In this document: positions 17,635 through 27,113 of the stretch, piece by piece
How positions within the stretch are numbered: the first letter of the stretch is position 1
Layout: each line of letters starts with the position of its first letter
Origin: an archaeon GW2011_AR20
GTDB lineage: Archaea > Nanobdellota > Nanobdellia > SCGC-AAA011-G17 > GW2011-AR20
DNA length: 64,000 nt
Direction: 5' to 3'
Assembly (NCBI GenBank): GCA_000830315.1
Contig: CP010426.1
Coordinates: 135,156-199,155 of the forward strand
Made by a program: the position numbers and the translations under genes
Notes under the pieces: model-generated
Database searches by the model: none
The model's input: the letters and a program-made list of their open reading frames with translations, nothing else
What the model was told of the DNA's origin: nothing

Positions 17635-19122
17635 ATGGTCGAAAAGATTACACTTTCAGAGTTAGAATCATACTTATGGGCTGCAGCAAATATACTTAGG
17701 GGTCCAATAGATAATGCAGACTTTAAAGCATATATATTTCCAATGTTATTTTTTAAAAGAATATCTGATGTTTATGATGAAGAATATCAATCTGCTCTAA
17801 AAAAATTTGATGGTGATGAAGAAGCAGCATCTTATCCTGAAAACTTTTCTTTTATTATTTCAGATAACGCTCATTGGAAAGATGTTAGAGCAAATACTAA
17901 AAATGTCGGTCAAGCAATTCAATATGCTTTTAGAACTATAGAAACTGCAAACCCGGACAGATTATATGGTATTTTTGGTGATGTAAATTGGACAAACAAA
18001 GAAAGATTGTCTGACGAGTTATTGATTAATTTGATTGAAAATTTCTCTACAAAGAATCTTTCAAAGGAAAATGTTGAACCAGATATATTGGGACAAGCCT
18101 ATGAATATCTTATTAAGAAATTTGCTGACCTCACTAATAAAACCGCCGGAGAGTTCTATACTCCTAGAGCGGTAGTTCATTTAATGGGTAATATTCTAAA
18201 ACCCAAAGAAAAAGACACAATCTATGACCCTGCTTGTGGTTCTGGTGGCATGCTTTTAGAAGCATTCAACTTTGTAAAAAATAAAGGGGGTGACGTTAGA
18301 ACACTTAAACTATATGGTCAAGAAAAGAATTTAACAACTTCTGCTATTGCCAGAATAAACTTGTTTTTACATGGGGTTGAAGACTTTCAAATAATTAGAG
18401 GAGATACACTAAGAAATCCAGCTTTCCATGAAGGGGATTTATTGTCTAAATTTGATGTTGTAATTGCTAATCCACCATTCTCATTAAAAAATTGGGGTGC
18501 CGTTGAATGGTCTCATGATCAGTTTAGTAGAAATATTGCTGGAACTCCCACAGACAATAGTGGTGACTTTGCTTGGGTCCAACATATGGTTTGTTCTATG
18601 GCACATCCAAATGGAAGAATGGGAATAGTTTTGCCACATGGTGCTTTATTTAGAGGGGGGGTTGAAGGCAAAATAAGAAAAGAACTTTTAACAAAAGATT
18701 TACTTGAAACAGTTATTGGTCTTGGACCAAATCTTTTCTATGGAACAGGAATTAGTGCCTGTATATTAATATTCAAACAAAAGAAAGATGCTAAAAAGCA
18801 AAATAAGATTCAGTTTATTGATGGTTCTGCATTATTTACTAAAGGGAGAAATCAAAATTTCTTTCGGGAAGAACATGCAAAACAAATTCTTGAATGGTAC
18901 AATAAATATGAAGATATAGAAAATATAAGTAAAATTGTTTCACTATCAGAAATAGAAGAGAATGAATTTAATTTAAATATTTCAAGGTATGTTGTAAAAC
19001 TGGATGAAGAAGATAAAATAACATTAAAGGAAGCATATACTGAAATGCTCAATACTCAAAAAGATTTTGAAAAATCGCAAGAAAAAATGATTAAAACCTT
19101 AACAAAATACAAGGTAATATGA
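17635..19122 (+). CDS. hsdM: Type I R-M N6-adenine DNA methyltransferase subunit (HsdM), copy 1
   Basis: 495 aa; 'DPACGSGGMLLEA' motif I, 'VIANPPFS' motif IV, HsdM N-terminal domain 'YLWAAANILRG'. Confidence 0.9.
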   Translation: MVEKITLSELESYLWAAANILRGPIDNADFKAYIFPMLFFKRISDVYDEEYQSALKKFDGDEEAASYPENFSFIISDNAHWKDVRANTKNVGQAIQYAFRTIETANPDRLYGIFGDVNWTNKERLSDELLINLIENFSTKNLSKENVEPDILGQAYEYLIKKFADLTNKTAGEFYTPRAVVHLMGNILKPKEKDTIYDPACGSGGMLLEAFNFVKNKGGDVRTLKLYGQEKNLTTSAIARINLFLHGVEDFQIIRGDTLRNPAFHEGDLLSKFDVVIANPPFSLKNWGAVEWSHDQFSRNIAGTPTDNSGDFAWVQHMVCSMAHPNGRMGIVLPHGALFRGGVEGKIRKELLTKDLLETVIGLGPNLFYGTGISACILIFKQKKDAKKQNKIQFIDGSALFTKGRNQNFFREEHAKQILEWYNKYEDIENISKIVSLSEIEENEFNLNISRYVVKLDEEDKITLKEAYTEMLNTQKDFEKSQEKMIKTLTKYKVI

Positions 19123-19123
19123 A

Positions 19124-20617
19124 ATGACAAAAACAATATCAGCCCAAGAACTAGAATCATATCTTTGGCAAGCTGCGAATATACTTAGAGGAGTAATTGA
19201 TGCAAGCGAATACAAAAGTATAATTTTTCCATTGATGTTTTTTAAGAGAATTTCTGATGCATATGATGAAGAGTATGAAATAGCTCTTGCTGAATCTAAA
19301 GGAGACAAAGAATATGCTTCATATCCAGAACAACACGAATTTCAAGTTCCTAAAGGATACCATTGGAATGATGTAAGACAAATTACAAAAGAAGTTGGAA
19401 GAGCTATTAAAAATGCAATGGAGAATCTAGAGAAAGCTAATCCAGATAAGTTAATGGGTATTTTTGGAGATAACAATTGGACAAATAAGGAAAGACTTTC
19501 TGACTCAATATTAATTAATTTGATTGAACACTTTTCGAGTTTAAATCTCTCTACTAAAAATGTGCCTCAAGATGAATTTGGAACTGCTTATGAATTTTTA
19601 ATAAAGAAATTTGCAGATGATAGTGGACACACTGCTGCTGAATTTTACACCAATAGGACTGTAGTCAGAATAATGGCACTAATTATGAATCCAAAACCGG
19701 GAGAATCTATTTACGACCCAACTTGCGGTTCTGGAGGTATGTTGCTTAATTCCGCATTGCTTGTTAAGGAAAAGGGTCAAGAGTATCGTGGCTTAAAATT
19801 ATATGGGCAAGAAATTAATCTAATAACTTCAGGTATTGCGAGAATGAACATGTTCATACATGGATTTAATGAATTTCATATTGTTAGAGGAGACACATTA
19901 AAACATCCCGCCTTTGTGGAGAATGACAAACTAAAGAAGTTTAATATTGTTATAGCTAATCCCCCATATTCAATCAGCAAATGGAATAAAGAGCTATGGA
20001 AACACGACCCTTGGGGGAGAAATAAATATGGTGTTCCTCCTGCAGGTAATGCCGATTATGCTTTTTTTCAACATTGTATATGTTCTATGGATGAAAAAAA
20101 TGGGAGATGTGGAATATTATATCCTAACGGAATACTTGAAAGAGATGCAGAAAAATCTATGCGACAAAAGATAGTTGAAGATGATTTGATTGAGTGTATT
20201 GTTGGCTTGGGAAAAGATTTATTTTATAATTCATCAATGGAATCATGCTTAGTATTCTGTAAAACTAATAAAGAAAAGAGTAAAAAAGGAAAAATATTAT
20301 TTATTGATGCTAAAGCAGAGATTACAAGAAAACAAACACAGAGTTTTTTAGAACCACATCATATTAAGAAGATACATGATGCTTACAAAGGTTTTGAAGA
20401 CATTAAAGGTTTTGCAAAAGTTGTTGACTTGGATGAAGTAAGAAAGAATGACTTTAATCTTAATCTAAGACTATATGTTGAAGAAAAAAGATATGTTGAT
20501 AATTCATTATTGGAAACTCCACTAAAGACTTACATTAAGGAATGGAAGGATAGTATAAAAGAACTTGAAAAATCAACAAAAGAAATGAACGAAGCTATTA
20601 AGGAGGTATTGAAATGA
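19124..20617 (+). CDS. hsdM: Type I R-M methyltransferase subunit (HsdM), copy 2 (tandem paralog, about 55% identical by eye)
   Basis: 497 aa; 'DPTCGSGGMLLNS', 'VIANPPYS', 'YLWQAANILRG'. Confidence 0.9.
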   Translation: MTKTISAQELESYLWQAANILRGVIDASEYKSIIFPLMFFKRISDAYDEEYEIALAESKGDKEYASYPEQHEFQVPKGYHWNDVRQITKEVGRAIKNAMENLEKANPDKLMGIFGDNNWTNKERLSDSILINLIEHFSSLNLSTKNVPQDEFGTAYEFLIKKFADDSGHTAAEFYTNRTVVRIMALIMNPKPGESIYDPTCGSGGMLLNSALLVKEKGQEYRGLKLYGQEINLITSGIARMNMFIHGFNEFHIVRGDTLKHPAFVENDKLKKFNIVIANPPYSISKWNKELWKHDPWGRNKYGVPPAGNADYAFFQHCICSMDEKNGRCGILYPNGILERDAEKSMRQKIVEDDLIECIVGLGKDLFYNSSMESCLVFCKTNKEKSKKGKILFIDAKAEITRKQTQSFLEPHHIKKIHDAYKGFEDIKGFAKVVDLDEVRKNDFNLNLRLYVEEKRYVDNSLLETPLKTYIKEWKDSIKELEKSTKEMNEAIKEVLK

Positions 20618-21762
20618 AAATTCCTAATAGCTGGAAAAAAGTTCAGTTTGGAGATGTCGTAAGTAAAATAAACGATAAAGTTTCAAACAGAGAAGAATGG
20701 ATTTTTAATAGATATATTGGTGGAGAACATTTTGATGAAGGCGAAATTAGAGTTACAAAATCAGCGCCTATTGAAGGAAATGAAGAAGTTATTGGTTCAG
20801 CATTTCACATGAGATTTAAGCCAGGACAAGTTCTTTATGTTACAAGAAATCCAAGATTACGTAAAGGTGGAATGGTAAATTTTGAAGGAGTTTGTTCTAA
20901 TGTCAGCTTTGTTATGGAAGCGAATGAAACAAAATTATTACAATCATTATTACCTTTTGTAATTCAAACAGAAGATTTTGTAAAACATACTTGCAACAAT
21001 GCACATGGTTCAACAAATCCATTCCTTAATTGGAAAGATATAGCAAATTACGAGTTTTTACTTCCGCCTTTAGTTGAACAGAAGAAGATTAATGAAGTGT
21101 TATGGGGTGTTGAGAACAGCATAATTAAATTAGAAATATATCTTCAAAAATTAAGAAGTTTTCAAGATAAAATAATAACTAATTTGTTAAAACCAAAAAA
21201 AGGCGGTAAATTAACTAAATTTGGAGAAATTATCAAACTTTCAAAGGAGAAGTCTCAAGCACCATATGGGAATTTAAAATATCTAGGATTAGAGCATATT
21301 GATTCAGGTGTAAGTATTTGTAATAAATTTTCAGATGCAAATAATGTTAAAAGCGTTACTTCCGTATTCAAAAAAGGAGACATATTATATGGTAAGCTTA
21401 GACCATATCTTGATAAAGCAGTTATTGCATCGTTCGATGGAATCTGCACAACTGAAATTTTAGTTATTAATGCAAATGATAAAACAACAAATGATTTTCT
21501 AATGTTACATATAAGAACAAAAGACTTCATTGATTATAATACTCGATTAGGATTTGGAACTAAAATGCCTAGAACTTCCGTAGAAATAATTTCTAATTAT
21601 GAAATATATCTTCCTTCAATAAGTGAACAGAAAATTCTTTTGAATACAACCAATAAATTAAATAAGCTGATTGCAGATGTAAATAAAAATAAAGCATCAC
21701 TAAAAAATCTTCGTAATAAACTCTCCAACGAACTTTTAAAAGGCGAGTTGAGGTTAGATTAA
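20614..21762 (+). CDS. hsdS: Type I R-M specificity subunit (HsdS), two target-recognition domains
   Basis: 382 aa; duplicated TRD architecture with conserved central/terminal helices (LPPLVEQKKI / LPSISEQKIL); 4-nt overlaps with flanking genes. Confidence 0.8.
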   Translation: MKIPNSWKKVQFGDVVSKINDKVSNREEWIFNRYIGGEHFDEGEIRVTKSAPIEGNEEVIGSAFHMRFKPGQVLYVTRNPRLRKGGMVNFEGVCSNVSFVMEANETKLLQSLLPFVIQTEDFVKHTCNNAHGSTNPFLNWKDIANYEFLLPPLVEQKKINEVLWGVENSIIKLEIYLQKLRSFQDKIITNLLKPKKGGKLTKFGEIIKLSKEKSQAPYGNLKYLGLEHIDSGVSICNKFSDANNVKSVTSVFKKGDILYGKLRPYLDKAVIASFDGICTTEILVINANDKTTNDFLMLHIRTKDFIDYNTRLGFGTKMPRTSVEIISNYEIYLPSISEQKILLNTTNKLNKLIADVNKNKASLKNLRNKLSNELLKGELRLD

Positions 21763-21763
21763 A

Positions 21764-24664
21764 ATGGTATTTAATGAACAAAACACAGTTGAACATTATG
21801 TAAGAGATTTACTTGTTAAAATGGGTTGGAAATATATTCCAAAAGAGCATTTGCCAAGGCAAGATGCCGATGTTTTAGTCGAAGAGCATTTAAAACAAGC
21901 ATTAATAAAATTGAATCCTGAAATAGCTGAAAAGCCTGAAAGAGCTGAAGAAGTATTATACAAGTTGAGAGCAATTCTTATTTCAGTTAGAGGAACAGGC
22001 ATTGTTAAAACAAATGAAGAGTTTACAAAATGGTTGAGAAATGAAAAAACAATGCCATTTGGAGAAAATAGTGAACATACTACTGTAAGATTAATAGATT
22101 TTGATAATATTGCTAATAATAATTTTGTTGTAACAACACAATATTCATTCACATCAGGTCAGAACATAAGACCAGATTTAGTTTTATTAATAAATGGTAT
22201 TCCATTAATTATAGGGGAGGCTAAAACTCCAGTAAGACCTGCAATATCTTGGGTTGATGGAGCATTGCAATTAGAAGGCTATCAAAATTATACTCCCGCA
22301 TTATTTGTTCCAAATATGTTTTGTTTTGCAACAGAGGGTAAAACTTACAGAGTAGGTTCAATTAAATTACCATTACAAAATTGGCAACCATGGAAGAAAA
22401 CTGACGATACTGCTTTTGAAGATTTAGAGGAATTAAGAAATTCCGTTAGTAGAATGTTAAATCCAGAAGTTATCATAGATATTTTACAAAATTTTACATT
22501 ATATAGCACAACTCAGGGTGGCCAAAAAATAAAAATAATGGTAAGATACCAACAATATGAAGGAGCAAAACAGATTGTTAAAAGAGTTATAGATGGTAAA
22601 ATAAAAAAGGGTTTGATTTGGCAATTCCAAGGCTCGGGAAAGTCTTTTTTAATGGTTTATGCAGCGATGCAATTAAGACAAGAAGAAAAACTCAAAAGTC
22701 CAACAGTTATTGTAGTCGTTGATAGGGTTGATTTAAACTCTCAAATTACTGCCACATTTAATGCATCTAATGTACCAAATATGGTCATTGCTGATTCTAG
22801 AGAAGATTTACAAAAATTCCTAAAACAAGATACTAGAAAAATAATAATCACAACAATTCATAAATTTGCAGAAGCTGAAGGGGTACTAAATGAAAGAAGT
22901 AATATTATTGTGTTAGTTGATGAAGCTCACAGAACACAAGAAGGCAATCTTGGTAACAAAATGCGAGAAGCCTTGCCAAACGCATTTTTATTTGGTCTTA
23001 CAGGTACTCCAATAAATAAAAGAGATAGAAATACTTTTTGGGCATTTGGAGCAATAGAAGATAAAAACGGTTACATGAATCGTTATTCTTTTGAACAGTC
23101 CCTAAGAGATGGGGCAACACTTCCAATCTATTTTGAACCAAGATTAGTAGAATTAAGAATAAATAAAGAACAGATTGACAAAGAATTTGAATGGTTAGTA
23201 AAAGAAGAACAATTAGATTATGGAGAAAAAACCGAACTTTCAAAAGAGGCTGCTAAATTTGGCATTATTGTTAAAACAAAAGATAGAATACAAAAAATTT
23301 GCACAGATATCGCAAAACATTTCAGAGAAGACATTGAACCGAATAATTTCAAAGGGCAAGTTGTTGTATTTGATAGAGAATCTTGTCATTTATACAAACA
23401 AGAGCTTGATAAACATCTACGACCAGAAGAAACAGCAGTTGTAATGACTGTCAAACAAAAGGGAGAGGAGGAATGGAGAAAATTATATGGTTTATCTGAT
23501 GATGATCAAGAAAAATTGTTAGACAGATTTAGAGATCCAAAAGACCCTCTTAAATTATTAATAGTTACTTCAAAACTTCTCACAGGGTTTGATGCACCAA
23601 TCAATCAAGTAATGTATTTGGATAAACCAATGAAAGATCATACTCTATTACAAGCTATTTGTAGGGTTAATCGACCTTATCCAAATAAAAACCACGGGCT
23701 TATTGTAGATTATCTTGGCATATTTGATAATGTTGGCAGAGCTCTTGACTTTGATATGGCTGAAATGAGAAATGTAATATTAAATATTGCAAAACTAAGA
23801 GAAGAATTACCAAAAGCTATGGATAAATGTTTATCTCACTTTAAAAATATTGATAGAAACATTGAAGAATATGAAGGATTACTTGCAGCCCAAGATTGTT
23901 TGCCTTCAAATGAAAAAAGAGATAAATTTGCTGGAGATTATTCATATTTAACAAAACATTGGGAAGCGGTGTCTCCTGATCCAATATTGAAAAAATTTAC
24001 GAAAGATTACAAGTGGCTTACACAAGTATATCAATCCATTCAACCGCCAAGCGGTAATGGGAGATTGATATGGCATGCATTAGGAGCAAAAACTCTTGAA
24101 TTAATCCATAGAAATATTGAAGTTCAGACAATCAGAGATGATCTAGATGTATTGGTAATGGATGCTAATATTTTAGAAAAAATTTCAGAGAGTAAAGCTA
24201 AAGAAAAAGCTAAGGAAATTGAAATGAAAATTGTTTGGCGACTTCATAAGCACGCTAATGATCCAAGATTTCAAGAACTTGGAAAAAGATTAGAAGAATT
24301 AAAAGAAAGACATTATCAAAATGCCATTAGCAGCATTGAATTTCTTAAAGGTTTACTAGAAATTGCAAAAGCAACCGTAAAATTAGAAAGAGAAACAGAA
24401 GCAGAACCTGTTGACGGAACAAAAGAAGCACTTACTCAATTGTTTTTGGAATGTAAAGTCGATAAAACCCCAATAATTTTAGAACAAATAATAAAAGATA
24501 TTGACCAAGTTGTAAAAGTAACTAGATTTGATGGATGGCAATGGACTAAAACAGGAGAAAGAGATATACAACAAGCACTTAGAAGAACCTTACTAAAATA
24601 TAAATTACATAAAGAACAAGATTTATTTGATAAGGCATTCGGGTATATTAGGGAGCATTATTAG
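21764..24664 (+). CDS. hsdR: Type I R-M restriction subunit (HsdR), nuclease + SF2 helicase
   Basis: 966 aa; N-terminal PD-(D/E)xK 'DLVLLINGIPLIIGEAKTP', Walker A 'QGSGKS', 'VLVDEAHRTQ' DEAH box. Confidence 0.9.
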   Translation: MVFNEQNTVEHYVRDLLVKMGWKYIPKEHLPRQDADVLVEEHLKQALIKLNPEIAEKPERAEEVLYKLRAILISVRGTGIVKTNEEFTKWLRNEKTMPFGENSEHTTVRLIDFDNIANNNFVVTTQYSFTSGQNIRPDLVLLINGIPLIIGEAKTPVRPAISWVDGALQLEGYQNYTPALFVPNMFCFATEGKTYRVGSIKLPLQNWQPWKKTDDTAFEDLEELRNSVSRMLNPEVIIDILQNFTLYSTTQGGQKIKIMVRYQQYEGAKQIVKRVIDGKIKKGLIWQFQGSGKSFLMVYAAMQLRQEEKLKSPTVIVVVDRVDLNSQITATFNASNVPNMVIADSREDLQKFLKQDTRKIIITTIHKFAEAEGVLNERSNIIVLVDEAHRTQEGNLGNKMREALPNAFLFGLTGTPINKRDRNTFWAFGAIEDKNGYMNRYSFEQSLRDGATLPIYFEPRLVELRINKEQIDKEFEWLVKEEQLDYGEKTELSKEAAKFGIIVKTKDRIQKICTDIAKHFREDIEPNNFKGQVVVFDRESCHLYKQELDKHLRPEETAVVMTVKQKGEEEWRKLYGLSDDDQEKLLDRFRDPKDPLKLLIVTSKLLTGFDAPINQVMYLDKPMKDHTLLQAICRVNRPYPNKNHGLIVDYLGIFDNVGRALDFDMAEMRNVILNIAKLREELPKAMDKCLSHFKNIDRNIEEYEGLLAAQDCLPSNEKRDKFAGDYSYLTKHWEAVSPDPILKKFTKDYKWLTQVYQSIQPPSGNGRLIWHALGAKTLELIHRNIEVQTIRDDLDVLVMDANILEKISESKAKEKAKEIEMKIVWRLHKHANDPRFQELGKRLEELKERHYQNAISSIEFLKGLLEIAKATVKLERETEAEPVDGTKEALTQLFLECKVDKTPIILEQIIKDIDQVVKVTRFDGWQWTKTGERDIQQALRRTLLKYKLHKEQDLFDKAFGYIREHY

Positions 24665-25346
24665 ATCGGTTTTCTTTATAACTCCAATAACTTTCATCTC
24701 CAATAATAACATGATCCAATACATTTATTCCTAATAATTCTCCTGCCTCAAATATTTTTTTTGTTATCTCTATATCTTTTTGAGAAGGATTAGGATCACC
24801 AGATGGATGATTGTGAACTAAAATAACAGAATTAGCACTTTCTTTAATAGCTTCTTTGAATATTTCCCTTGGATGGATTAGAGAAGAATTCAAAATTCCT
24901 ATTGTAATCCCTTCTTTAAAACTAATAATTTTATTTTTAGTATCTAATAAGATAATACTCAAAACTTCTTTCTTATAATTCCTAAATTTATCTATAAATA
25001 TATTTTTAACATCTTTAGCGGAGTTTATTTTTTTATGTTTAATTTTATTATCATAACCTCCATTAATTAGTTTATTATATCTTTTACTTAGTTCAATTAA
25101 ACTTATTAATTGCAAGGCTTTATTGTAGCTTTTGCATTCTTTAGCTAACTCTTTTATAGATAAATTCTCTAAATTGTTAAAATTATATTTTTTAAGTAAT
25201 TTATTAGATAACTCAAGAGCACTTTCTCCTTTAGAACCAACACCAAAAATTATGGATAATAACTCAGCATCATCTAAAGAATTAACCCCATTTCTTGTTA
25301 ATTTAAAACCAGGGCGATTAAACCATGGAATTTCTTTTATTTTCAT
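24648..25346 (-). CDS. radC: RadC-like JAB/MPN domain protein (DUF2466)
   Basis: 232 aa; JAMM motif 'ILVHNHPSGDPNPSQKD', N-terminal HhH; converges on and overlaps the hsdR end by 17 nt. Confidence 0.8.
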   Translation of the reverse strand: MKIKEIPWFNRPGFKLTRNGVNSLDDAELLSIIFGVGSKGESALELSNKLLKKYNFNNLENLSIKELAKECKSYNKALQLISLIELSKRYNKLINGGYDNKIKHKKINSAKDVKNIFIDKFRNYKKEVLSIILLDTKNKIISFKEGITIGILNSSLIHPREIFKEAIKESANSVILVHNHPSGDPNPSQKDIEITKKIFEAGELLGINVLDHVIIGDESYWSYKENRSNNAP

Positions 25347-25429
25347 TAAAAATAGTAAAATAGAGAAATTAATAAATCTTTCACTATATATCGTAAAACT
25401 ATTTATTCTTAATTTAATTTATATATTAA

Positions 25430-25906
25430 ATGGAAAAAGAATATTACAGGAAAGTTATGATTAGTTTATATAGACCAGTTGTACAAAAGAAATTATACAA
25501 ATATAGAAGATATATAAAAAATAAACTTCCATATACATATGTTCCAATATGTAAAGATAAGTTATATTACAAATATTTCACTGAAGAAGGAATAGCTCGA
25601 TATTTATATGATAATTATGGTTGTGGAACTTATATGATCCAAGGCTGGAAGTGGTACAGTAAATGTAAAAAATGTAAACTTTCTTTTAATAAAAAAGAAT
25701 ATCGTAAGGTTATTGTATGTCCAAGATGTGATTGTAAGGAAAGAACTTGGTTTAAAGGCTTTTATAATTTATGTGTTTATGAGATTATAAAACATGGTGG
25801 AACTTACTTATACAACCCAATAAACATTAGTAATATATCAAAAACCAAAGCCTGGCGGTGGAACATAAATCATTTAGAAAATTTTGACCCCCTTACTAAT
25901 GTATAG
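25430..25906 (+). CDS. Cys-rich zinc-ribbon protein, hypothetical
   Basis: 158 aa; 'CKKCKLSFN...CPRCDCKE' two CxxC pairs. Confidence 0.3.
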   Translation: MEKEYYRKVMISLYRPVVQKKLYKYRRYIKNKLPYTYVPICKDKLYYKYFTEEGIARYLYDNYGCGTYMIQGWKWYSKCKKCKLSFNKKEYRKVIVCPRCDCKERTWFKGFYNLCVYEIIKHGGTYLYNPINISNISKTKAWRWNINHLENFDPLTNV

Positions 25907-26310
25907 TTCTTGTTTTTTGTTCAGTTGTCCAATTTCAATTTTTCAGCACTAGGGGTATAAAAAAATTCTTGTATATACAATGCTTCTATAAAGTGAATAT
26001 TTTCACGCATATACGTGTTCAATGAGAAAACTCAGGGCATCAAAAAAAATATAAATACAGAACTCAAATTATTAACTTTTAAGCCTTATAACATTTAATT
26101 TTAAACTTTTAACTATCTTCATATCTCATAAATCAAAGTTGTTAAGTGTTAAGTTTTTCTAATTTTAATATCAAAAAAACCATAAATCCAAAGTTATTAT
26201 TCTTTAAAGCCTATAAGTTAAAAATAAATTCTAAAAAAAATGTCCAATTCTGTTAAGTCTTTTAATGTATTGAACAAAACTTAACAGCGATATATATTTA
26301 ATTATTTTAA
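25907..26310. other. 400-bp AT-rich non-coding region with imperfect direct repeats
   Basis: Degenerate iterons, e.g. ttaacttttaagccttataa / ttctttaaagcctataagttaaaa and ataaatcaaagttgttaag / ataaatccaaagttattatt; no ORF over 30 aa. Confidence 0.5.
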
Positions 26311-26532
26311 CTATATATTGTTTTGTTCTTCTTTCTTTGGTTGTTCTTCTACTGTTACAAATTCTTTTGACAAAGATTTTATATGATCAAAGATCAATCT
26401 TGATATAGAGATACCATATTTCTTTGCTAGTTCTTTTAGATACATCCATTCTAAGTTATTCATATATATGCTATGTTGCCTCTTTGTTTTATTTATAATT
26501 TCTCCTGCCCCAGTAAATTCATTTGCTATCAT
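26311..26532 (-). CDS. Putative ribbon-helix-helix (CopG/Arc-like) DNA-binding protein
   Basis: 73 aa; beta-strand 'KRQHSIYMNN' then helices 'LEWMYLKELAKKYGISISRLIFDHI'; strong SD-like GGAGGAT 8 nt upstream; preceded by a 27-aa upstream micro-ORF. Confidence 0.4.
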   Translation of the reverse strand: MIANEFTGAGEIINKTKRQHSIYMNNLEWMYLKELAKKYGISISRLIFDHIKSLSKEFVTVEEQPKKEEQNNI

Positions 26533-26702
26533 TTTCTAGATCCTCCTTTGGTTCTTTATTTTCTAATTTCCCAAATAATTTTTCAAACCACATATCTTTT
26601 CTTGTAAGCTTTTGTTTTTCCATAGAATATATATTGAGGATCTTATTTATATAGTTCAATACAAAAAATCATAAATTATAATTTTTATATATAAAGCAAT
26701 AG

Positions 26703-26760
26703 AAAGGTACACTTCGAGAGTGTACCTTGGGTGTGTGCCACACCCCGGGTGTTATTCACA
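26703..26760. promoter_or_regulatory. Cluster of perfect inverted repeats (stem-loops) downstream of int
   Basis: AAGGTACAC-ttcgaga-GTGTACCTT, then GGTGTG-tgc-CACACC and CACCC-c-GGGTG. Confidence 0.5.
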
Positions 26761-26789
26761 ACCCTTTAAACAAAAGCTACAATCCATAT

Positions 26790-26957
26790 TCATATAATGC
26801 CTTTAGATTTTAATTCAAGGTGTTGGGTAAATACACGATCTATCACTTTATCCAACGATATGCTACTTTCACCTTCTTTTATAAAATCCCCTTGAACCTT
26901 ATGAATCTTAGCCTTTGTTTCTATTGTTATTCCTATTGTTCTATATTTTTTCTTCAT
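26790..26957 (-). CDS. Small basic protein (55 aa), possible DNA-binding
   Basis: Hand translation: MKKKYRTIGITIETKAKIHKVQGDFIKEGESSISLDKVIDRVFTQHLELKSKGII*. Confidence 0.25.
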   Translation of the reverse strand: MKKKYRTIGITIETKAKIHKVQGDFIKEGESSISLDKVIDRVFTQHLELKSKGII

Positions 26958-27113
26958 TTTGTTTTAGCTTTCATTAAAAAATGAAAAACTAAACAAAAGA
27001 GCTAAAACAAGTGGTTGTTAGTTTTGGGATTATAATAGTATATCATAAAAATTTAAAAAGCTTTCCCAACCTTAGTAAGGCATTGTTTTTTATATGTAAG
27101 ATAATATTAAAAT

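Noticed and set aside
25907-26310. Possible CRISPR array in the AT-rich repeat-containing intergenic region
   Set aside because: Repeats are short, imperfect and irregularly spaced; no constant 25-40-bp unit with unique spacers; no cas1/cas2 nearby
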